DNA from: Bdellovibrionales bacterium | Lineage (GTDB): Bacteria; Bdellovibrionota; Bdellovibrionia; Bdellovibrionales; JAGQZY01 | Length of the DNA stretch: 64,000 bases | Assembly: GCA_031426555.1 (NCBI GenBank) | Contig: JANPLN010000023.1 | Location: 214-64,213, forward strand | Reading direction: 5' to 3' | In this document: piece after piece, positions 46,475 to 54,995 of the stretch | Layout: every line of letters begins with the position of its first letter | How positions within the stretch are numbered: position 1 is the first letter of the stretch | Translations under genes and position numbers: made by a program | The notes under the pieces: generated by a model | Databases searched by the model: none | The model's input: only the letters and a program-made list of their open reading frames with translations | What the model was told of the DNA's origin: nothing

Positions 46475-46846
46475 ATGGAAAACAAAGAATTAGAACAAAA
46501 AAAAGAAATACAAAACAACAAAAGAAAACGAGAAGAGCATTATCGAGTGATCTTAACAAAAAGTGCAAATATGGCATTAGAGTCGTTTACAAATAAGATA
46601 AGCGATGAAGTCTCGTTTTCTAACATTACAAAATCTGACGTTGCAAATTGGCTACTTGAACGCATTGAAAAGAAGATCTCGACTTCAGAAGCTAATGAAA
46701 TTCTTGATTCTAATTTTGATGAAACCAAGGCTCTAAATAATCTTCTTAAAAATCATAAGAACGGAGTTCAGGATCTCCCACAAGAAATTGCACTCGCACT
46801 AAAGTCACATTTAAAAATGAGTAGAAAATCAAAAAAAGCTAGCTAA
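46475..46846 (+). CDS. Small K/E-rich protein, possible relaxosome accessory/RHH-like
   Basis: 123 aa. A basic N-terminus is followed by HYRVILTKSANMALESF (beta-strand/helix typical of RHH-type proteins). The call is mainly positional. Confidence 0.35.
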   Translation: MENKELEQKKEIQNNKRKREEHYRVILTKSANMALESFTNKISDEVSFSNITKSDVANWLLERIEKKISTSEANEILDSNFDETKALNNLLKNHKNGVQDLPQEIALALKSHLKMSRKSKKAS

Positions 46847-46941
46847 CTAAATTTTAAATACGAAGCCTAATGATTTTAGAATCTTAGGTGCCCCTAAAAA
46901 TCAATCTTGCCCTTGAATGGGCCCCTCACTAGGAGTATAAC

Positions 46942-47169
46942 ATGAGTACTTATAAGCTTCCGGAATCGGAAGAATTATGGCTCTTTGACAAAAGAATATC
47001 GGAGCATGAGTGGCTTTCTACTGAAGAAGCAGCTCGTTTTTTGTCGATCTCTACTAACGCCCTTAGGATTATGGTTTATCGAGAACAAATCAAAGCCTAT
47101 AAGTTTGGTAGGCGTCTAAGATTTAGAATGCATGACTGCAAAGCTCTCTTTATAAAAAAAGGAGCTTAA
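46942..47169 (+). CDS. xis: Excisionase-family HTH protein
   Basis: WLSTEEAARFLSISTNALRIMVYREQIKAYKFGRRLRF is the MerR-like excisionase HTH. It sits immediately upstream of int. Confidence 0.8.
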   Translation: MSTYKLPESEELWLFDKRISEHEWLSTEEAARFLSISTNALRIMVYREQIKAYKFGRRLRFRMHDCKALFIKKGA

Positions 47170-47170
47170 A

Positions 47171-48271
47171 ATGGCAATCAGACTTTATACACTAAACGAA
47201 AAACGACTATGGGAAGTACAAGTCAGCGGAACAGACGCGCTAGGAAATCGTCTGCAAAGACGACGACGCGGTTTTGAAACCCGTCGAGCGGCTGAGAAGT
47301 TTGAATTCGAACTAAAACGCGAACTCAGAATGATCAAAGATACGGCCATACCACCTCGATGGGGTGAATGGCTTCCTGTCTGTCTAGAACGGATGAAGCT
47401 TGTACACAGACCGTCTACGGTTGAAAACTACTCAAGAACATTAGGCAAGTGGGTCACACCATCTTGGAAAGATAAAGATTTAACAGACATCTCAAAAGCT
47501 GATGTTTACTCATTAGTTTATGAATCTTTAAATCCTGAACTTTCCCCGTGGTCTAAAAAAACAATTCTAAAGTTCATAAAAAGGATTTTACAAATGGCAG
47601 TCGAAGAAGGAATTCTTGCAAGAAATCCTTCTGTAGGAGTCAAAGTTACTGTTCCTGAAACTGATCAAAAAGTTTTAACGAATAGTGAAGTTGAAATTTT
47701 CCTAAAAGAAGCCAAAGCTTACAATCACAGATTTTATCCTATATGGGTCATGGCCCTATTAACTGGAATGAGATCAGGTGAAATGTATGCATTGAAATGG
47801 TCTGACGTAGATTTTGACGTTGGGATCATTACTGTAAAAAGACAATGGACGAGCAAGAATGGTTTTGGACCCACTAAAACCCAACGCAGTAGGGTTGTTC
47901 CTATTGCAGAGGATTTGTCTAAGTTTTTAAAGGAACTGAAACTTAAAAATGACGGAAGTGAATATGTGCTTCCCCAATTGCCTGAATGGACCCAAGGGGC
48001 TCAAGCTGAGGTCACCAGAGAGTTTTGTGAGGCCATCCAAATCACGTCGATTAAGTTCCATGATTTGAGGGCTACGTTTATCACAAACTTACTGACCCGA
48101 GGCGAAACGCTAGCACGAGTGATGTCTATAGTTGGCCACAGCCAGATTAAAACCACGAATGTTTACCTCAGAAAAGCTGGGATTGATGTTCAAGGGGCTA
48201 CTGACAAACTTGGATATGGCGTCCCACAGGGCATTTCAGGACAAGTTATCCCTTTAAAAACCAAGGGTTAG
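47171..48271 (+). CDS. int: Tyrosine site-specific recombinase (integrase)
   Basis: GMRSGEMYALKW (Arg box I), and HDLRATFITNLL...GHSQIKTTNVYLR (H-x-x-R ... H ... Y). Confidence 0.9.
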   Translation: MAIRLYTLNEKRLWEVQVSGTDALGNRLQRRRRGFETRRAAEKFEFELKRELRMIKDTAIPPRWGEWLPVCLERMKLVHRPSTVENYSRTLGKWVTPSWKDKDLTDISKADVYSLVYESLNPELSPWSKKTILKFIKRILQMAVEEGILARNPSVGVKVTVPETDQKVLTNSEVEIFLKEAKAYNHRFYPIWVMALLTGMRSGEMYALKWSDVDFDVGIITVKRQWTSKNGFGPTKTQRSRVVPIAEDLSKFLKELKLKNDGSEYVLPQLPEWTQGAQAEVTREFCEAIQITSIKFHDLRATFITNLLTRGETLARVMSIVGHSQIKTTNVYLRKAGIDVQGATDKLGYGVPQGISGQVIPLKTKG

Positions 48272-48366
48272 ACACCAAACCGCTTAAAATGTAGTTGAAG
48301 CTGCAAATGGCTTCTGCTACTTTAAAATAACAAGCGATTCAGGGTGCTTAAAGATTGAGCCGAACA

Positions 48367-48377
48367 CCCGACCAATT
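48367..48377 (+). repeat. attR core CCCGACCAATT
   Basis: Identical to 13921-13931. Lies 96 bp downstream of the int stop. Confidence 0.6.
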
Positions 48378-48390
48378 AAACTATTCAGGG

Positions 48391-48434
48391 TTTATAAAAA
48401 GGATCAAAGATCCTTTTTATAAACCTTTTTTTTT
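48391..48434 (+). terminator. Strong rho-independent terminator (likely the original tRNA-Pro terminator)
   Basis: Perfect 15-bp stem TTTATAAAAAGGATC-aaa-GATCCTTTTTATAAA, then CC and T9. Confidence 0.7.
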
Positions 48435-48660
48435 GCGTCCGAGGAATCAGGATTCAAACCTGCGAAACTCAGGTCCACTAGAAACCCGGGACCAGAGGCT
48501 GTGCCCGCGTTAAAACGATCCAGTGGATCGTTTTAATGTGGAGCATGGAGAAATAAAATTTGCGAAGGCAAATTTTATTACGACCTCGGCGCAGCCGAGT
48601 GTTCGAATCCGAGTGATAAACCGGGCTGTCTCATTCAAGTCCGAACCCGCACAAAAAAAC
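48435..48660. other. Hairpin-dense intergenic segment with tRNA-Pro-related fragments (candidate structured RNA or relic att scars)
   Basis: Perfect 12-bp hairpins at 48510-48536 and 48552-48579, and a 6-bp hairpin at 48585-48599. There is a 17/18 inverted match to the tRNA-Pro T arm (48448-48465 vs 13899-13916). There is also an 11-nt direct match, GGGACCAGAGG (48488-48498 vs 13887-13897). Confidence 0.3.
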
Positions 48661-49449
48661 CTACCGAACACAACTCTCCATCCGTTCCCCACGATACCCC
48701 TTTGTAAAAGCAGCTACGCGCTGATCGGAGGTACCGTGCGTAAAAGAGTCAGGCACAACGTACCCTTGCGATTTTTTCTGAAGTCGATCATCTCCGACGG
48801 CCGCCGCAGCATTCAACGCCTCTTCAATGTCCCCTTCTTCAATAAATTCTTTATTCTTTTTTGCAGCCTCCTTGGACCAAAAACCGGCCAGGCAGTCGGC
48901 TTGCAGTTCGACCGCAATGCTATCGGAGTTTTTTAACAAACCCAGGGAATTTTGCACGTGGTGACCTACTTCGTGGGCGATCACGTAGGCCGCAGCAAAA
49001 TCGCCTTTTGCACCCAAGGAGCCCGACAGTTGGTCAAGAAAACTTAAATCCATATACAACCGCTCATCCCCTGGACAATAAAAAGGACCCGACGACTGGC
49101 TCGCACGACCACAGGCCGAATCAACAACACCGCGAAATAAAACCAACTGGGGCTCGCGATACCTCTGGGACGAAACTTCGAAAACGCTACGCCAAACATC
49201 TTCGGTGCTTGCCAAAACAACCGAAACTAATTGTTTTTTTTCGGAATCGACCTCTTCAGAAATCGGCCCACTGGTCGGCACACTCAACTGGGACGTATCT
49301 ATATTTTGCGCCAGATACTCCAGAGGGTTCCCACCCATTAAATAATAGACGATGGCACCCAAGATGAGACCCCCGCCTCCTATGGTTTTTCCGCCAATAC
49401 GTCTTTGATCGATAACGTTGTCACTCTGTCGCTGATTTTTCCAAAGCAT
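48661..49449 (-). CDS. Neutral zinc metallopeptidase (YpfJ-like)
   Basis: N-terminal TM, and AYVIAHEVGHHVQ (HExxH). Confidence 0.8.
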   Translation of the reverse strand: MLWKNQRQSDNVIDQRRIGGKTIGGGGLILGAIVYYLMGGNPLEYLAQNIDTSQLSVPTSGPISEEVDSEKKQLVSVVLASTEDVWRSVFEVSSQRYREPQLVLFRGVVDSACGRASQSSGPFYCPGDERLYMDLSFLDQLSGSLGAKGDFAAAYVIAHEVGHHVQNSLGLLKNSDSIAVELQADCLAGFWSKEAAKKNKEFIEEGDIEEALNAAAAVGDDRLQKKSQGYVVPDSFTHGTSDQRVAAFTKGYRGERMESCVR

Positions 49450-49561
49450 TTACACTCCCGTAGAAGCGTAGACCTTAAACTGCAACTGACCTTTTTGGAA
49501 CATTTTATATGGAGGCTGTGGGAAGGCGCGAAATAGACTTAAATTGTGCTATATTCCCCGC

Positions 49562-50977
49562 ATGCGATCTATTTTTATCCTGTCTATTTTTCTGCTTTCT
49601 TCGCCATCGTGGGCGCAGCTCCAGTGCCGCGACCTGTTCACCGCCGCCAAAGACAACCCGTCCATTATCCTCCCTGAATACCTTGGCATTAACTCCCGGG
49701 TCGAAGAGCTGATTCTCGATGGCCCACTTCAGGATTCGGCCCTGAGACTTACAGATCTTTTTTACCAGATCAGTGACCCTTATTTTATCGGCAAGCTGAT
49801 TCATGTTTTCGAACAGAGAGTGTATCATCCAAACCCAGAAGCCGATCCAAACTCGGACTGGTATGTCTGGAAAGCGCAATTCGAACTGCAAAATCCCCAT
49901 GTGAAGTTGCAAAGCGCCGACTGGATTCGCTTGTGGAATATCCGCACCGCTCTCCACGATCAGTTTTCGGACAACTGGAGTTCGCATCAACTCGCATGGA
50001 TGACGGCCTGGCTTTCAAAGGTGGTAAGCCCGGAGCATTTCCGCTCCTCGCCTCGCGACTACGTGGTCCCAATGAATCAAGGTCCTTTGGTCATGCTACA
50101 AAATCCAGTTCTCCGGCAGGTTTTTAAAATCCTTTTGTCTGATGAGAAATTTAAAAAAATTATTTCAGATGTCCTCAATCGACGTGGCAGATTAAAAGGC
50201 AAGCTCCAACTGCAACTCTCAAAAGCAACGGTCGAGTTGGATACGAGTCTCGAATCGCAAGTTCTTGTTCAAATGACTTTTCAAATTTTATACTCGCGTT
50301 ATAAAGCGTTTATCGAAAATCATAATTACAAGAGCGAAGCCTCCAATGGGTTGTTTGTGACGGATGACATCCATCTTTATCTGTATGATCTTTTTGAGAG
50401 GCAGCAAGCAAAAGATCTTTCCATCCACTTTTTGAAACATGTTTTTTTAGGCAATGCGATGCCCATTTTGGATGTGGAGTTGCAGAGTTTACTGATGACC
50501 GCCTTGCAACGACAAATGCGTCCCATCATCGATGAAGCCGTGGAAAGATCGGCGCCCATCGCCGATGCGCCCCGCCCTGCCGCTGAGCCCACGATCAGCC
50601 TCACTCCAATTCCTCTCGCAGAGCACGCCCACGATGTGATCGAACGTCAACCCTACAGCTTCACCATGGCGCGAAGTTTAAATCTCGGCCCACAGGTTTT
50701 AGTTTTTGCCGAGGGTTCTTTGCGAATTTTCGAAAGCGAAACGGTGGAAGAGATCTCAAAGTTTGCGCGGGCGATTCAGTACGGCTTTACAGATGTGGAT
50801 GGTTCTAATGGCCTTAAAGCATTAGCCGTCAGTACCTACTACGAACTTAAACCGGGCCATAGTTACTTTCGCATGGTGGTGCGCCGTGATGGTAACCTGT
50901 GGACGGTTGTGGCAACTCTGCATAAAGATAAAGTCAGACGCTACATGCACCAGCACACAGGCCCGCACCCTCGGTAA
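49562..50977 (+). CDS. Secreted hypothetical protein
   Basis: Start at the internal ATG giving signal peptide MRSIFILSIFLLSSPSWA|QLQ. 471 aa, no recognised motif. Confidence 0.5.
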   Translation: MRSIFILSIFLLSSPSWAQLQCRDLFTAAKDNPSIILPEYLGINSRVEELILDGPLQDSALRLTDLFYQISDPYFIGKLIHVFEQRVYHPNPEADPNSDWYVWKAQFELQNPHVKLQSADWIRLWNIRTALHDQFSDNWSSHQLAWMTAWLSKVVSPEHFRSSPRDYVVPMNQGPLVMLQNPVLRQVFKILLSDEKFKKIISDVLNRRGRLKGKLQLQLSKATVELDTSLESQVLVQMTFQILYSRYKAFIENHNYKSEASNGLFVTDDIHLYLYDLFERQQAKDLSIHFLKHVFLGNAMPILDVELQSLLMTALQRQMRPIIDEAVERSAPIADAPRPAAEPTISLTPIPLAEHAHDVIERQPYSFTMARSLNLGPQVLVFAEGSLRIFESETVEEISKFARAIQYGFTDVDGSNGLKALAVSTYYELKPGHSYFRMVVRRDGNLWTVVATLHKDKVRRYMHQHTGPHPR

Positions 50978-51016
50978 GTGCGAGCAGGAGTTGTTGCGCA
51001 AATTTTTACAGATGCT

Positions 51017-52111
51017 CTAAAAACTTAAAGCCAGCGATGTTGTCACAGTCGTATTGCTCTCCGACACTTGAGACACTCTTTTGGGAAACACCTTCTCATC
51101 GGCCGAAAGATAACGAACCTCGGTCCTCCAAAGCAAATAGGACTCCAGAGTTTGATCCCACCCAATGGAGCCGCCGTAAGCCGAAAGGCCTTTCGCTTGC
51201 CCCGTTACAATCACAATCTGATCAGGATCATTAAAATGCTCCGCACGGAAAGCAATTTTTTGTGTGTCCGAAATTTTATACCTCGCCATGAGTGAGGCCC
51301 CAGTCCAGTCACTAGAACCCGATCCAGCAGATTTTTTTTGCAATCCCACATCAAATTCTGCGACCCACTCTAGGCTCTCCGCATTTTTATTGCGCACAAT
51401 AAAATTGTGATAGTGGCGAAATTTGCTGGGGCGAGGAGTGCCCAAAAGATCGGGAGATTTTTCATTACCTAAAAGAGTGTTGTAAGCAAACGAAATATTC
51501 TTTAATGAATATTCAATACCTGTTCCGATGTTCTTGTCGGTGTTGTTTTCGGAAATATTCTGCCAGCCATTTGTGACCAACAGCTGCAGCGTCAATGCCT
51601 CCGTGGCAGCATGAGTTAGTTTTACGCCAGACATGTAATACGGCGAGTAGTCGGCCACTAGCGAACGCGTAAGAACAATATTATCGCGCGAAATCCACGT
51701 CTCTGCTCCCACGTGGGCAAAAAAGATTCCGGCATCGATCCACGTTTTATCAGACACCTTGTAACCAATGCGTGCCTCTTGAATATGTCGCGAAAGATCG
51801 GGGCCGCTCACTGCACCGTTTGTGGGCTCGGCAGCGTAATTGCTTTGCACCGACGTCCCTGCTTGCAAGGCTAAGCGGCCACGGAGTTTTTCCGATGCAA
51901 GATTCGCCTCCAAAAACCCTAAATTGAGATTGAACTCATTTGTGCGCGCAGGTTGGCTGGAGAAAGCGCGATCGCCGCTGGCCGGGACGTTGAAGTCGAA
52001 GGCGTACTGGGTGTCTACAAACCCACCCCAGGTGATGTCTGGTTTTAAGTCCTCGGCACGACTGAATGTTGTGACGGATGTAACAAGGATGGTTAAGAAA
52101 AAGACTTTCAT
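51017..52111 (-). CDS. Outer-membrane beta-barrel porin (OmpL/BBP2-like)
   Basis: Signal peptide, ITWGGFVDTQYAFDFN start typical of this porin family, alternating beta pattern, C-terminal F. Confidence 0.65.
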   Translation of the reverse strand: MKVFFLTILVTSVTTFSRAEDLKPDITWGGFVDTQYAFDFNVPASGDRAFSSQPARTNEFNLNLGFLEANLASEKLRGRLALQAGTSVQSNYAAEPTNGAVSGPDLSRHIQEARIGYKVSDKTWIDAGIFFAHVGAETWISRDNIVLTRSLVADYSPYYMSGVKLTHAATEALTLQLLVTNGWQNISENNTDKNIGTGIEYSLKNISFAYNTLLGNEKSPDLLGTPRPSKFRHYHNFIVRNKNAESLEWVAEFDVGLQKKSAGSGSSDWTGASLMARYKISDTQKIAFRAEHFNDPDQIVIVTGQAKGLSAYGGSIGWDQTLESYLLWRTEVRYLSADEKVFPKRVSQVSESNTTVTTSLALSF

Positions 52112-52141
52112 GGTGTCTCCGAATTCTAAGCTCCGCGAATT

Positions 52142-52423
52142 TTACTTCGCGCGAACGCCGCGAGTTGCAAGAATCTCTATGTAGACCGAAGGCACTTTTC
52201 TCAGTGCAACCTGGTCGATGGATTTGCTAAGTTCTTTCACGTGGACTCTTTGCGCAGAGCCTTCATCGACGCCAACCTTGCAATCAAAATCCCAGTAATC
52301 CACGCCTTCAGGGAGAGTTTTGCGGCGCTCTCTGGCCAAATATTTATTAACATCGGCTTTGATAGCCTCTAGGACACGATCTGGCTTTTTATTGGGTGCT
52401 TCTAATGCAAAATTTTTCTTCAT
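52142..52423 (-). CDS. Small conserved protein (DUF6172-like)
   Basis: PDRVLEAIKADVNKYLARERRKTLPEGVDYWDFDCKVG resembles that family's core. Tentative. Confidence 0.45.
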   Translation of the reverse strand: MKKNFALEAPNKKPDRVLEAIKADVNKYLARERRKTLPEGVDYWDFDCKVGVDEGSAQRVHVKELSKSIDQVALRKVPSVYIEILATRGVRAK

Positions 52424-52477
52424 AGTGGTTCTACTTATCGCAAAAAATAGATCTCTGCACCTTTTTTTAACATTCCA

Positions 52478-52522
52478 CTGTAGGCCTATTAGCTGTAGGC
52501 CTACTAACTGTAGGCCTATTAA
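52478..52522. repeat. Three tandem 15-bp repeats CTGTAGGCCTAYTAR, each containing the palindrome TAGGCCTA
   Basis: Copies at 52478-52492, 52493-52507 and 52508-52522. They lie in the gap between the kinase stop and the small downstream gene. Confidence 0.8.
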
Positions 52523-53640
52523 CTGATAATTGGAATTTTGATTTCCACGGTAGTGTTTGGTTGGTCAACAGGGAAGTTTAGCAAAGCTCCCATCTGAGTT
52601 AAATGAGACTTCGTTAAGCTTAAGCCTAAGCCAGCAGTACTGGGACCTTTTGTTGTCGTAAACGGCAATAGATCCTCTTCTTGGATCTGTTTTGGAGTTC
52701 CGCTGTCAATTATTTTAATACTATAAAATTTTGAATTTCTTGAAAGCTCAATCTTCACCCAGGGATCTTTAGATTGGCTCGCTGCTTCGAAAGCGTTTGT
52801 TAATATATGAGATAGTGAATCAATAAATCCTGAAGTTAATATCGGAAATGCAAAATTGATATTGCCTCGGATTTCTCGTCGAATCCCATTGCTAACCTGT
52901 CTTTCATCACAAATAGATAAGGCTAAGTAAATGGCATCTTGAATGCTGAGGCTTGTATGTTCCTGCGATGCCAAATCAAATTGGCTTAACTCTGACATCG
53001 AATGGACTAGTTTTTTTAAACGTTGAGTGGCAAGAATGATGCTTTCAAAGTCAGAATTAAAAACATCTGCAGACTGCCCTTGATTTTCTAATTTCTTTTT
53101 TAACAACTCACACTGAAGGTTGATGATTGCTAGGGGGTTATTGATATGATGAGCCATCTCTGAAGCAAGATGCGACATAGAAGAATATTTTGTAGATTGT
53201 AGTAATTTTTCCGTGAGTTTTTTTTGAGAACTCACATTTCTATTAATAGATATTACGCTCTCAACACTTCCCGATTCGCCGAAAATTGGATATGCAACAG
53301 AATGAAAATGGAAGGTTTGATTTTTTGAAGTATAGCTAAAATCAATTTCAACTTTTTCTGCGCTTGCAAAAACATCTTCTAATTGCTTGTTCCAAATGTC
53401 CACAAGTGCTTCGGGCATACCTAATTCGGCATTTGTTTTTCCAATAAATTCGTCTCTGGCTCTTCCAGTTATGCTTTCGATAACTTTATTTACAAATAAA
53501 TGTTTATAAGAACGATCATGTTGAGCAATAATATCACTAACGCTATCGGCAATAAATTTAAATTCGGGATTTTGAAAATTAGCTGAATTATTATCTTTCT
53601 TAAGATAATTTATAATTCTTTGGGACATTTTTATCCTCAC
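52519..53640 (-). CDS. PAS-domain sensor histidine kinase (no cognate response regulator adjacent)
   Basis: H-box SEMAHHINNPLAII, N-box LTNAFEA, G-box GLGLSL, and an N-terminal PAS-like region. Confidence 0.8.
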   Translation of the reverse strand: MRIKMSQRIINYLKKDNNSANFQNPEFKFIADSVSDIIAQHDRSYKHLFVNKVIESITGRARDEFIGKTNAELGMPEALVDIWNKQLEDVFASAEKVEIDFSYTSKNQTFHFHSVAYPIFGESGSVESVISINRNVSSQKKLTEKLLQSTKYSSMSHLASEMAHHINNPLAIINLQCELLKKKLENQGQSADVFNSDFESIILATQRLKKLVHSMSELSQFDLASQEHTSLSIQDAIYLALSICDERQVSNGIRREIRGNINFAFPILTSGFIDSLSHILTNAFEAASQSKDPWVKIELSRNSKFYSIKIIDSGTPKQIQEEDLLPFTTTKGPSTAGLGLSLTKSHLTQMGALLNFPVDQPNTTVEIKIPIIS

Positions 53641-53871
53641 TCTGCTTTATTTTAATATTAATGAAATATTATAGCTTAATTATAATTTTTTCAGATTTGA
53701 ATCCTCATAAATTCTCATATTTCTACTTTAGTCTTGTGGCTTTGGCCTATCCTATATGAGTGTACTTAGGAAAATTGCGATGGGACGTTTCAAAAGGAGA
53801 ACTCGTAACTAATTCAGCTTTAGTTTTTTAACACCAGACCGAAAAGATAGGATTGGAATGGATGTACGCTG

Positions 53872-54882
53872 ATGAAATCGTTATGTATGCGTCTTCGTTT
53901 GATACTCACTTTGTTTATCTCCCCCTTTGTTTTAGGGGGTTGCAGTCCCAGTTCAACACACACTGTTAGCACAGACCCAATCCTGAAAAATGCGTATGTG
54001 ACTGATGCCATCGACCAAAAAGTTTACGTATGCTCTGTTGATGCGGCCACCGCATCTTTAAGTAGCTGCTCGGTGACCGATGGCGGCCTCGGCGTTGGTG
54101 GTTGGACTCCTGAATCTGTCACCAGAGCTGTATTTGCTGGTATTGAGCGCTTCTACGTCGCAGACCAATCAGGCCATATTTATCTTTGCGATCGGGATTC
54201 CGACTCGGGCGAGCTGAGTGGTTGCACAGCGAACGATGGCGGAGCCACAGGCTGGACTCCGGGTGAAATTACTTTCGCTGAAATGAATGGAGTCACCTAC
54301 GCTTACGTCTCAGACATTGATACAAATGTGTTTCGATGCATTGTAGCCACAGCCACCGGAATTCTTAACAGCTGTGTGATAGGCAACGGAGGCCAGGCCG
54401 GGTGGTGGCCAACAAATATCGAAATCGTTGGAAGCGGAAGCACTTACTTTGCATACGTTCCAGATCTGTACGTTGATTTGTACGTGTGCACAATCAATGC
54501 TAGCTCTGGCCATCTTGTCAGCTGTACTGCTGCCGCAGGCGCAATGCCTTGGACACCCGACTCGGTCAGAATAATTACAGTTAACGGCATACAGCGCGCT
54601 TATGTCACCGATGGTAATGGTGACGTGTACTATTGCTCTTTGAATTCATCCACAGGTGCCCTTACTTTGTGTGCGATCAGCAATGGCGGACAAGTGGGAT
54701 GGGCGCCGAATGCAATAACTGCGGTGACGGTTGCGGGCGTTACGTACGCTCACGTCGCTGATTTTTTAGGGGATGTCTTAGTCTGCCCGCTTGATTCCTC
54801 AACTGGCGCATTAACGAGTTGCACCGTTTCGAATGGTGGGATAACGACTTGGCAACCTGTGAGTGCTGTCTTGGTTCCCTAA
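53872..54882 (+). CDS. Lipoprotein with six ~48-aa repeats, each with a conserved Cys pair (beta-propeller-like)
   Basis: Lipobox LGGC. The unit is Y-V-x-D-x(4-5)-V/L-x-x-C-x(6-9)-G-x-L-x-x-C-x(3-5)-G-G-x(2-4)-W-x-P, repeated six times. Confidence 0.6.
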   Translation: MKSLCMRLRLILTLFISPFVLGGCSPSSTHTVSTDPILKNAYVTDAIDQKVYVCSVDAATASLSSCSVTDGGLGVGGWTPESVTRAVFAGIERFYVADQSGHIYLCDRDSDSGELSGCTANDGGATGWTPGEITFAEMNGVTYAYVSDIDTNVFRCIVATATGILNSCVIGNGGQAGWWPTNIEIVGSGSTYFAYVPDLYVDLYVCTINASSGHLVSCTAAAGAMPWTPDSVRIITVNGIQRAYVTDGNGDVYYCSLNSSTGALTLCAISNGGQVGWAPNAITAVTVAGVTYAHVADFLGDVLVCPLDSSTGALTSCTVSNGGITTWQPVSAVLVP

Positions 54883-54995
54883 CCGAGTCCACTTCCTGCG
54901 TGCTAAGTCCTCCCGAAGTTTATACATACTTTCCCAATTGATGTTTAGCGAGTTAACGACTACGTTTTACAACAATTAAAAAAAAAGGAGTCCTT

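Noticed and set aside
46327-46521. A 64-aa minus-strand ORF.
   Set aside because: It is generated by the nested GC-rich inverted repeats (the PPPP tract comes from CCCCCGCCGCC). The structure, not coding, explains this sequence.
48435-48660. Possible tmRNA (ssrA) on the minus strand. It has a GGATTCGAAC box, a ...GCGCCGAGG segment and a 3' T-arm-like GCAGGTTTGAATCCTG, and ssrA is a classic island integration site.
   Set aside because: About 225 nt is too short for a one-piece tmRNA. There is no 5'/3' acceptor-stem pairing, no encoded CCA, and no tag reading frame ending in the usual ...A-A-stop. The T-loop lacks the conserved C (TTTGAAT). I kept it only as an unexplained structured region.
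48510-48936. Track ORFs 48510-48692 (-) and 48523-48936 (+).
   Set aside because: They run through the hairpin block and antisense into the zinc-peptidase gene. No RBS and implausible composition.
49505-49990. A 161-aa minus-strand ORF overlapping the start of 49562-50977.
   Set aside because: The plus-strand ORF is three times longer and begins with a good signal peptide. The minus ORF is Arg/Trp-rich and lacks a start context.
52478-52522. CRISPR-like repeat array.
   Set aside because: The repeats are 15 bp, directly abutting with no spacers, only three copies, and there are no cas genes in the window.
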